DNA from: Podarcis gaigeae
Taxonomy: Eukaryota
Assembly: GCA_964106915.2 (NCBI GenBank)
Contig: OZ066923.1
Length of the DNA stretch: 64,000 bases
Direction: 5' to 3' (one strand)
A program made the position numbers and the translations under genes. The notes beneath the pieces were generated by a model. The model was given only the letters and a program-made list of their open reading frames with translations. It searched no databases and was not told the DNA's origin. Of the stretch, positions 12,293 through 23,116 are shown one piece after another (the stretch's first letter is position 1; the number at the start of each line of letters is the position of its first letter).

Positions 12293-13139
12293 ACAAATAA
12301 ATAAATAAAAATATTTAAAAAAATTATTTATACCCCACCCATCTGGCTGGACTTCCTCAGCCACTCTGGGCGGCTTCCAACAAAATATTAAAATATAGTA
12401 ACCCATCAAACATTAAAAGCTTCCTTAACAGGGCTGCCTTCAGATGTCCTCTAAAAGTCTGGTAGTTGTTGTTCTCTTTGACATCTGTTGGGAGGGCGTT
12501 CCACAGGGCGGGTGCCATCACTGAGAAGGCCCTCTGGCTGGTTCCCTGTAACTTGGCTTCTCGCAGTGAGGGAACCGCCAGAAGGCCCTCAGTGTTGGAC
12601 CTCAGTTTCCGGGTAGAACGATGGGGGGTGGAGACACTCCTTCAGGTATACTGGACCGAGGTCATTTAGGGCTTTAAAGTTCAGCACCAACACTTTGAAT
12701 TGTGCTCGGAAACATACTGAGAGCCAATGTAGGCCTTTCAAGACTGGTGTTATGCGGTCTTGGTGGCCGCTCCCAGTCACCAGTCTAGCTGCCGCATTCT
12801 GGATTAGTTGTAGTTTCCAGGTCACCTTCAGAGGTAGTCCTACATAGAGCGCATTGCAGTAGTCCAAGCGAGAGATAACCAGAGCACGCACCACTCTGGT
12901 GAGAGCCTACGGGCAGATAGGGTCTCAGCCTGCGTACCAGATGGAGCTGGTAAATAGCTGTCCTGGACACAGAATTGACCTGCTCCTCCATGGACAGCTG
13001 TGAGTCCACAGTTACCCCATTCAGGACCAGGGAGTCCTCCACACCTGCCTGCCTCCTGTCCCCCCAAAACAGTACTTCTGTCTTGTCAGGATTCAACCTC
13101 AATCTGTTAGCTGCCATCCATCCTCCAACCGCCTCCAGG
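12293..13139 (-). mobile_element. 5'-truncated L2-clade LINE (RT C-terminus and 3' end)
   Basis: Frameshifted minus-strand RT peptides (WMAANRLRLNPDKTEVL, ALVISRLDYCNALYVGLP, LQLIQNAAARLV) and a (TTTA)n-like tail at ~12295-12330. Confidence 0.88.
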
Positions 13140-14083
13140 CAAATACATGGTTACAACAGAAAGAATTATTGCATCCCCAAATGCTTGTGTGGGCTAGATG
13201 TAGATTCTGGGTCTGAAAAGATGGACGACTACTACCTAGTCAACGTATGCTGCAATAGATTTTGTTTTGGTTATTTAGGAACTTTCTGCTATCTTACTTT
13301 TACTTTTCTGAAAACCAGCAGTCCTAAAGATTAACCTTTGTCTGTTAAAAAATAGGTTGAATAAAAACAGCCTGAAAGGAAACTTTGGTCCACATTTTGA
13401 ATTGCTTCTGTGCTTTAACCAGTTTGCCCCATACCATATTTTCTATCAAAAAGGTGACATTTCTTGAAAGAGATGTGTTGGATGGGTTCAGAGGTGGGAA
13501 ATATTTCCTGAGAGCACTTCAACTTCTTGTTTATCTAGCTTCTGTGATTTTTCTTTCATATGATTGTGTCCAAAATAGACCTTGGTAGTACTGTGAAACT
13601 GCTAAATACTGTATTTGAAGAGAAATGCAGAATTTTAACCCTTCTGCTTTGCTTGGAAACAGTTAGACTGCAGAAATCTAAACTGAATATATTTTACTTT
13701 GTCATGCAACATTGCACAGGAATGGCTAGAATTTTGAAATGAGACTCTTTTTGTTGTTTAAGTTCATTTTATTGAAATATAGAATGCTAGAAACAATAGC
13801 AAAACTGCAAAAAGTTTATTTTCATGTGATCCTGTGTGTTGTATTGCATTGTAACTAATCAGACTTCATTCTGAAAATTAAGCTCCATTGACAACCATAA
13901 GACTTCCAAGTAAATATAATTAGGATTGGATTATTCTATCCTCAGTTGTGTAAGCAACAACTAAATATTCTACCCAAATAACAAATCTGAATGATGTGCC
14001 AAATATATTTGAAATTTGTCCATTCCCTTATTCCAAGTTCAACCTGCACTCAGATACCTGAAGTGAATATTTCCTGGGAAATA

Positions 14084-14281
14084 CAGTCGTACCTTGGTTT
14101 TCGAACAACTTAGTTCTTGAACGTTTTGGCTCCTGAATGCAAACTGTTCTGTTTGTGAACTCTTTTTGGAAGCCAAATGTTTGACGCGGCTTCCGATTGG
14201 CTGCAGGAGCTTCCTGCAGGCAATCAGAAGCCTCGCTTTGGTTTCCGAATGTTTTGGAAGTTGAACGGACTTCTGGAACAG
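14084..14281. mobile_element. truncated Tc1/mariner (Tigger-like) MITE
   Basis: TA|CAGTCGTACCTTGG left end and an internal CTTCCGATTGGCTGCAGGAGCTTCCTGCAGGCAATCAGAAG palindrome. The right TIR is missing. Confidence 0.6.
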
Positions 14282-14553
14282 AACTTTTTAAATTGGCATT
14301 AAAACAGCCTGATTTATTCAGTGGTGGCTATCTAGTCTTATATATTTTATGTGTTTGGGTTATCAGTGTATTTGGATGACTTTAAACAATAAAATAATAC
14401 AAATCATATATACTTATGCCAATAAAGGCCAAGAACAACAAATAACAGCTAAATTTAGTGTTTAAAGTTAGTTGTTTAAGTTTTAGCTGATACTGAACTG
14501 AAGCCGGATGGAAATAGGGCTGTAGTTTATTTCCAGTATGATGGTTTTTAGTA

Positions 14554-15917
14554 CAGTGGTGCCCCGCAAGACGAATGCCTCGCTAAACGAAAAACCCGCA
14601 AGACGAAAGGGTTTTCCGATTTTTTAGCGGCTTCGCAAGACGAATTTCCCTATGGGCTTGCTCCGCAAGACGAAAGCCCATAGGGAAATCTCCGGGGACA
14701 GCGGGGAAGCGCAGCGCGCCTTCTCCTCTGTTCCTGGACCTGTCCTAAGGCTTGCGGTGGGAGGTCCGGGAACAGAGGACAAGGCGCGAAGGGCTTCTCC
14801 TCTGTTCCTGGGGCTTGCGGTGGGAGGAGGGTTTTTCCTCCCCACCGCCAACATTCAGAACAGCATTCTGAATGTTGGCGGTGGGGAGGAAAGCCCTCCT
14901 CCCACCGCAAGCCTTCAGGACAGGTCCGGGAACAGAGGGGAAGGTGCGCAGCGCTTCTCCTCTGTTCCCGGGGCTTGCGGTGGGAGGAAGGTTTTTCCTC
15001 CCCACCGCCAACATTCAGAACAGCATTCTGAATGTTGGCGGTGGGGAGGAAAGCCCTCCTCCCACCGCAAGCCTTCAGGACAGGTCCGGGAACAGAGGGG
15101 AAGGTGCGCAGCGCTTCTCCTCTGTTCCCAGACCTGTCTTGAAGACTTGTGGTGGGAGGAAGGTTTTCCTCCCCACCGCCAACATTCAGAAGGCTGTTCT
15201 GAAGGCTGGCGGTGGGAAGAAAAGCCCTTCTCCCCACAGCCTTCAGAAGAGTTCCCGCCTAGGCTGCGGATAGCAGCCTGCTGCCCCGCGCGAGGGGCGC
15301 TCTTAAGCAGAGCGCCCCTCGCGCGGGGCAGACATTCGCCGCTTGGGGAGCCCTGCAGGGGAAGTCTTGCAGGGCTCCCCAAGCTGCGAATGTCTGCCCC
15401 TCACGCGGGGCAGCAGGCTGCTATCCGCAGCTTGGAGAGCCCTCTGGACCTCTTCTGAAGGCGGGCGGGGGGCAAAAGTCTTTGTCCCCCCTGCCTGCCT
15501 TCCCGGGGGATTTTAAAATGCTGGCGGGCGGCAGCGCTGCCGCCCGCCAGCCTTTTAAGATCGCCCCGGACAGCGGAGAAGTCCTCCGCTGTCCCGGGGT
15601 TTTTAAAATGCTGGCGGGCGGCAGCGAAGGCTTCGCTGCCGCCCGCCAGCATTTTAAAATCGCCCCAGGACAGCGGAGAAGTCTCCGCTTTCCCAGGAAG
15701 GCGGGGGGGGGGAAGCAAAGACTTTCGCCCCCCGTCGGCCTTCAGAAGAGGTCGGGGGACAGACTGTCCCCAGACCTGGTCTGAAGGCGGTTTCCATAGG
15801 AACGCATTGATTGATTTTCAATGCATTCCTATGGGAAACCGTGCTTCGCAAGACGAAAAACTCGCAAGACGAAAAGACTTGCGGAACGAATTAATTTCGT
15901 CTTGCGAGGCACCACTG
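14554..15917. mobile_element. non-autonomous Tc1/mariner (Tigger/pogo-like) element with nested-palindrome interior
   Basis: TIRs CAGTGGTGCCCCGCAAGACGAA and TTCGTCTTGCGAGGCACCACTG, TA on both sides, no transposase ORF. Confidence 0.9.
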
Positions 15918-17359
15918 TATTGGGAAGCTCATGCTTTCCACCATTTCATGAATGAAAGAAACATCCTAACCAATATGAGAGTGTTTTTTCAAGTGTGTGT
16001 GAAGAGCCAAAGAAAGCTATTCATGTACATCAAGGATGGGGAACTGGATCCAGATGAATCTTTATCTCCTCTGCTCCTGTGGGTCAAGTTTGCTAGATGA
16101 CTGGGATCACCCATCTTTCAGTCACCTGACATCAGTGTCAGGTGACTTGCTTTTGCTATAGTTTGAAATTGAATCTAATGGATGTGGGTGCAGTGCTTTG
16201 TGTCAGTGATCAGCTAATCATCTGATGGCTTTGATCACTGGTGCTTGCAAAGTGCTCTGGATGGAGGTTTGCAGGCACTGCTGATAGGCACTGCCTGCAC
16301 CCCCCTTTCACCACAGCTTGACCTTTACCTGTTCCAAACTTGAGTTCCTATACAGCAACTGTGGCTTGACTGAAATGGTCTTGCTAGCCTGGGAGGCTTA
16401 ACTTTGCCTTGGGTCAGTGGTTCCTCACCACAAGTGTACATTAAAGTAAAGAATGTTGACAACATCATTCATTGTGATTTAAAATTGGATTAATATTTTT
16501 GTGAAGAAGCAACACACCTCAGCAGGTTCTGATTATTTGAACCTCCATTAAAAAACAACAACAAAAACCCCAAACCCACGCTGTTCTTGGCTAGAACTAA
16601 CATGTCCCTAAAAGAGGAAACCATAGCACTGGGAACTAATCGTTTTCATAATAACTGTTGGCATATAATGGCAACCCTGTAAACTGCTGTCCTTAGTGTA
16701 GTTCAGTACTCATCTGCCTGACAGAAACACACATTCTCCATTCTATTAGAGTGCATGTTTGATATGATCTGTTTAAGGTTAGTTCAACCTAAAAAATCCC
16801 ACAGTTTTAAAATCAGTTGTAAGAGGGGGGAAAACCAAATCACGTGAACCAAACATTCATATTGCAGTTTCAGAACACCTAGCATAGGTTAAGAATATCA
16901 TAGGACTCCTAATGAAAGTGTTAAATCTCTAGAAAAAGGTATAACAGTTCCTTATTTTCTAATTCACATTTTATGGATTTTTTTGTTTTTGTTTCTATAG
17001 TTCTAAACATGCTGAAAATGTACACTTTCCGCTCAGAATGCTATGAGAAGGGCAGCGTCTGTCTATTGTAGTAAGAGGTTTTAAAAAGCCCTCATTGCAT
17101 TGTGTTTTATAATAGAAGTTTGTATTAGCCTTTCTCTTTCTTCACTTCCAAAATAAATCAGTTGTACTTTAGAGTGAGACATACCTTAGAATGCTGCCTT
17201 AAAAAAGTTGCATGGCATTGTTGGGTTGCTTGCCTTGCAGTTTCTTTGGGTGTGGCAGATATCATTTGTGTTTTTCTTTATTTCTTCCTTGTTTGCTGAA
17301 GGATAGCATAATCCATGAGCTCCATAGTGAGATGTTGCTGCATGTGTGTATGCTGACTC

Positions 17360-17475
17360 CAAGGACTAGAACCCTTCCGATGTTGTTGAACTACAACTTC
17401 CATCAGCCAAGCAAGCATGGCCAATGGCCCAGGATAATGAGAGCTGTAGTTTGGCAACATTTGGAGGGCCCAACA
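17360..17475. mobile_element. degenerate palindromic hAT-type MITE
   Basis: ACTACAACTTCCATCA...GAGAGCTGTAGT core, same family as 45365-45500. Confidence 0.6.
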
Positions 17476-18534
17476 TCTGAATGCCACTGGCATTTGCATA
17501 CTGCTCATAGGGGTTAGCACTTCTATGGAAAACTCCATCAAGCACGGTCATGTCAAAGCAGGCCACTATGTGGCAAATACGAGCCGTTTGCATTCCTCAC
17601 AGGTGTTCCTGCTGTCTATGAACTGCCCTCTCAAGAAAGACTTGCACATGGAAGCAGGGAATGTAGATGAGAATGCTAAGCTAGCTTGGGCCTGGTTTGC
17701 AGATAATGCTAAGCCAAATTAACATAGTAAACAATACCATAATCACAGGTGTCCCAACAGATGATTGGGCAAACATTGACTTGTTTCCCCCCTGCCCCCT
17801 TGCCTGCTTTGTGCTCTACCTGATATCCTGAGAAAATGTCTACTGGCATTGCCCAGCTGTGACACCATGCTTCCTTCCATTGGCTGGCTGGAGTGGAAAT
17901 CTTACTCCATTAAAATCGTTGGCAGTGTAGTTGATTAACCTTTTCCTTCCACTGCTTTGCTTTATTCCCCTACTCACCAGTCACCCATAGTGTTGCTCTG
18001 TCACATAATTCCGTTGCTCCTACCTTGGTTAGGACAAATCCTGCCCTCCTTCCTCAAGGAATGAAATGTATCTGAGTGAAAAGACAAAGTTTAACATTTT
18101 TGCAAATAACTCTTGGACTGGAGTTAGAAACAAGAGGGACTAGTTTTCTTTCACAGGCAAGATTCCATGAACTGGACACTTGTCCTCTGGAAGGAAGAAT
18201 AGGACTTTGTATGTGTGTTGGCGGGTTTTGGTCCAAAGGGAAATCATTGAGTTGCTGCTGCTGGCATTACTTCACCTATCTCATCCTTTCCAATGTAGCC
18301 TGAAGTGTCCCTCCTCCCCCTTTCCTGTTTAAAATTGGGACTTTCTGATATGCTTAGAATATATCCAAGCTGTAAGCCCCACTAAACTTACTGGAGTTTA
18401 CTTCTGAGTAGACATGTATAGTAATTTAGATAGGAAACCATAGAATCATAGAAGCAGAGAAGAAAGAAAATTAACTGGGGGAGGGGAAGAGTATCCATAA
18501 AATGGCTGCTTGTGGACAGAATCTTAAGATAAAT

Positions 18535-18645
18535 TTATCTATTATTTATTAAATTTGTATACTGCCCTATACCCACAGGTCTCAGGGTGGTTCACAGGAT
18601 AAAAACAGAATATAACACCACAAAATGCATAATCAAAACAAAACA
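18535..18645 (-). mobile_element. L2-like LINE 3' tail fragment (related copies at ~31855-31930, ~38640-38790, ~60815-60930)
   Basis: Shared ATTAAATTTGTATACTGCCC...TCAGGGTGGTTCACA motif preceded by a (TTA)n-like tail. Confidence 0.55.
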
Positions 18646-20145
18646 ACCCAAGGGTAGTTTTCTCTGGTAGTTTTCTTTTAAAATAATTTTTAAAGCCCCA
18701 CACTCACTCAGGCATGACTTTAGAATGTTAGTAACAGGCTTTTTAAGCTTTGTAAACAGTAGACAATGAATGAAGTGCGGAAAGCTGGTCGTAATGAGAA
18801 ATAAACACTTTAAATTTTTATCTCCACTCCACAACTCTTCTGTGAAGTCATGGTGGGTCAGAGCAGACAAATTTCTGTTAAGGAATGCAATTTTATTAAT
18901 AGTTGCCATAACGCAAGTTGCTTTAAGAAATCTGGAGGTGGAAGAATTGTTTGGGGGGAAAGGACCGTGTTACTAGGGAGATCTAGCAGTGACATCATTT
19001 ATACTCTTACTACTGTCTCTGTACCTTTATGTGGAACAAACAACCACACTTAAACCATAGTCAAAAATTTGTCCTGGTTCACATCTCTAAACTAGAGATG
19101 CAGAACTGGATGTGGCTGGCAGGTTGGCTCCTCAATTCTCTCACTTCTCACGTGCCAGCTTTGACAGGTAAGTGGGACCAGTTACAGCAAACCCTTTTGA
19201 AGTCCCATTTGCTGGCAAAGTTTGCATTCATACTGCATCTACACATGGACATTTCTCCTCTGGAGACATCAGGTGTGGTTTGAATCCAAGTTGTTCTGCA
19301 GATCTCTTGGGGCTGTCAGTGAGCCCCATTTGCAAAGGAACAATTGGAGCCACATACTTTCCTTATACTGGACATAGCATATGATTTCAGTTGTGGGGCA
19401 GATAGACATGGTTAGGAGGAAATGGCGTAGAATCTGGACACACTGGGCCTAATTGGCTCATGGGCCAGAGATTTCTCATCCTTGCTCTAAAACATAGTTA
19501 ATGGTGGCCAACCATGGCTTATTTTATTTGAGGAACTGGGTCAAGTTCACACATAATACTAAACCATGAACTAATATGTGTGAACCAGGTCATTCTCTCA
19601 CAGAAATATGGAATATCTTTTATACTACATACTTCATTGAAATATCAAATTGCTGAAGAGTACAGTATGTTGAACATTTGAATTTCATTTTGTAGGAAGG
19701 TGCTCCAAAGGTGGAGCAGGTTCTTGCAGGTGCATTTTTAGTGGGTGTCTAGGGCTACTTTCTAGCTTGAGTTGGGTGAAACAGGTTTTGAAACTGAAAG
19801 TCCATAGTCAATAAAAAGATGCTGTAATTGCTTAGTTGTAGGCACTATCATTCATTTCCTTTGTTGTGTGTCCGAAATGGTTTTGCATAAATAGATGCAC
19901 GAAGCCTAACATTTGGCAGTTGAGGCTTGTAGCATATAAAACCTACTCCCCCCCAACCCCCCCCACTGATGTTTAAAAGGCTTTTGATCTTTCGATTAAA
20001 AAAAAAATCCAAGTATTTTTTCATGGTGGAAGGTATGTATGTGTGTGGGCACACCCACCCACCCTCCATCATGAAAAAATACTTGGATTTTATTTTTTTT
20101 AAATCGAAAGATACATGTGTACTTATAGGTGGTGACCATTTTAGG

Positions 20146-20466
20146 TAAGGTAAAGTCCAGTCGCGAACGATTCTGGGGTTGTGGCGCTCATCTCGCTTTA
20201 CAGGCCAAGGGAGCCGGCGTTTGTCTGCAGACAGTTTTTCCCGGTCATGTGGCCAGCATGACTAAGCCGCTTCTGGCGAAACCAGAGTAGCGCACGGAAA
20301 TGCCGTTTACCTTCCTGCCAGAGCGGTACCTATTTATCTACTTGTACTGCGTGCTTTCGAATTGCTAGGCTGGCAGGAGCTGGGACCGCACAACGGGTGC
20401 TCACCAACCTTTTGATTGGTAAGCCCAAGTGGCACAGTGGTTTAACCCACAGCTCCACCCGCGTCC
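20146..20466 (-). mobile_element. Sauria SINE
   Basis: Head GGACGCGGGTGGAGCTGTGGGTTAAACCAC on the minus strand, diagnostic GGTCATGTGGCCAGCATGAC and GGTACCTATTTATCTAC blocks, ACCTT-type tail, and 16-bp TSD TGGTGACCATTTTAGG (20130-20145 and 20467-20482). Confidence 0.9.
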
Positions 20467-22457
20467 TGGTGACCATTTTAGGCGTGTCCAAATGACATGT
20501 GATCACCAACACGTGGGTCCTTTGGTACCTAGAAGAAGGCAGAACAGAAGCAGTGTGTGCTTATATGTGCTCTGCTGACATGTATGGGGGGGGGGGGGCC
20601 AGGAACAGAACCAAGGTTTCCTTCCTGTATTTCTGTGCTTAAAGCTGTTTTAGGTTTAAGTAGATTGAGCTGATGCAAACTCAATATACTTGTGTGAACG
20701 ATAGTGTGTTTAAGACCTTTAGTCTAGGCAATTCAGTTGCTGAATGAAAACCAAGAAGGAAGTATTCTTTATAGTGGCACATGAAGAAAACTGGTGTTGC
20801 ACAGTAAGTTCCTGGTTCATTTCACTTCGGCTGTGAGCTTGCTAGGTGTCTTCATTAGCTACTGTTTTCTTGCCCCCATCTTCAGTATGGTGTAACTACA
20901 GACCTACTTTGCAAGGCTATTTGTAAGATTTACCAAATTCATATCTGGAGTGCTTTGAACTCTTGGCATATGGCATGGGTGTGAAACCTCTAGCTTGTGT
21001 ACATTATTAGACCTAGCGTTTGACCTGCAAGGCTGGCTGCCATAGCCAGCTGCCTGACACCTGAAGTACTGTGTGATGTCATGGATAGGGTAGGCAAGGA
21101 CGTGGCTCCAAATGAGCTATTGGAAGCTTAAAGTGGGCTTCCAATTGTTTATTTGCAAGCGGGACATGCTGACAGTGTTGATCAGGTGATGTGCACTGAC
21201 AGTGAGCCCCACTGGGATTAGCCAAGAAGGCACAGTGCTTTACAAGTGCCAACAATCAACTGATCATTGGTGCTTGAGAAATGTTGTGCTTTGCCTGCAG
21301 TGGCTTGATTTCAAACTGCATGGGCAAAAAGGAAAAGGAGCCATGTGATGTCAGATGATTGATAGATGGTCAGCACTGCCCATCTGTCAAAGCAAACCTG
21401 CTGAGGGGTTGCAGAATAGGGGAGGTAGGAATCTGGCCTTCCAGCCAGATCCAGTTCTTTCACCACAACCAATAGTTTACAAACACTATGTGACATTATT
21501 TTTACAATGAAAGCTTTTAACATGAGTTAGAATCTTGCAGGAGTAAAAGAAATTAAGCCTTGAATACTGTATATAAATATGAAGGAATGTGGTATAGTTG
21601 ATATTTTATTTGATTTGCACAGGAGAGCCCTTGGTTTAAGCCATTGCTAAGCATTGTTCACCTTCGGTCAGTTACTATTGCTCAGCCTGACATATTCTGT
21701 AGGGTTGTGGAGGAAAAATGTGAATTTTTAAAAATGATTTTTAATTTCAAGTAACTAAACAAGGAATGCAGAGCTTAGTAGTTATGCAGAAAAGAAAGAA
21801 AAATAGAGGCTGATGGTTGTAGTTTTAGATGTCCCAAGAAAGGCGATCAAATGAAAGTGTTTCTTCATAAGGTTCCATGAGTCGATTGTCTTAACAAATG
21901 GAGAATCAGGTTTTTATTGGTTATGTTCTTAATCTGAGGGCTGTAGCTATTGTCCCATCATTTGATTGTTTGATAGACTTTTCCCCGAAAGGGAATAATT
22001 TTGGGGCAAAACCACACGTGTGTACTAGAGACAGATAAATTGCATTCCTGCTAGCAAAGGTCGGATGTGTTATGATTAATTCTCTGTAATCTGGCTGGGC
22101 ACATCTACTAGTGATGTGCTTGCTATCTTTAAAGCATTTTCTCAAGTTCTAATTGAGATTGATCCAAATGGCAGTTTATTACAAATGTGTTCCCAGAATT
22201 GTTCCTCTGTTCTCCAGAATCTTTTCCCCATTTTAGTCTTAATGAAGTGAGAAGAAGGGTAGCCAATTGTGTGAGGCTTTTATATAGTTGGAAAAATGCG
22301 AAATCCTTTTTGAAAAAACCCGTTTATGCTTCTAGGCTTGCTGCATAGTTAATTAGATAAGAAAAGTGATATTGTGCCAGCATTGAAAAGACTAACGTTT
22401 ATATGAAATATATTCTCAGTGTTCTAAACCATTTATTTTGTTTTTTCCTTTCCCTAG

Positions 22458-23116
22458 ATTTTGGATCCCTGTTTGATCTGGAACATGACTTACCAGATGA
22501 ACTGATCAGCTCCACAGAATTGGGACTTACCAATGGTGGTGACATTAATCAGCTGCAGACTAGTCTTGGTATGGCACAAGATGCTGCTTCAAAACACAAA
22601 CAGTTGTCTGAACTGTTACGTGCTGGTAGCTCACCAAACCTTAATATGGGAGTTGGTGGGCCAGGTCAGGGCATGGCCAGCCAGCCCCAGCAGAACAATC
22701 CAGGAATGGGAATCTTAAACAGTATGGTCAAAAGCCCCATGGCACAGGCAGCATTGACATCTCCAAATTTGGGGATGGGTGCAAGTGGACCAAATCAAGG
22801 TCCGTCTACTCAACCCACTGCAGGAATGATGCCAGCAGTAAACAATCCGGTAAATCAGCCTGGAATGGGAATGAATGCAGGAATAAATGCTGGCATGAAT
22901 CCTGGTATGTTGGCTTCAGGAAATGGACAAGGCATGATGCAGGGGCAAGTTTTGAATGGTTCGATTGGAGCAGGAAGAGGACGTTCCAACATGTCATACT
23001 CGAACCCAGGAATGGGTAATGCTGGTAACTTGTTGGCTGAGACATTGCAGCAAGGTTCTCCGCAGATGGGAGGACAGACAGGCTTGAGGGGTCCACAGCC
23101 TGGAGCAATGGGCAAG
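22458..23116 (+). CDS. EP300: p300 exon 2 (FGSLFDLEHDLPDELI...KQLSELL...GAMGK)
   Basis: CCCTAG acceptor, GTAAGA donor, 659 nt, contains the LSELL LxxLL motif. Confidence 0.97.

Noticed and set aside
14765-15245. CRISPR-like regularly spaced palindromic repeats
   Set aside because: The whole 160-bp unit repeats with no unique spacers, there are no cas genes, and the context is a eukaryotic intron inside TIRs.
14624-15851. Many long ORFs (up to 268 aa) on both strands
   Set aside because: They are by-products of the GC-rich palindromic tandem repeats in the MITE, with repetitive translations and no transposase or other domain.
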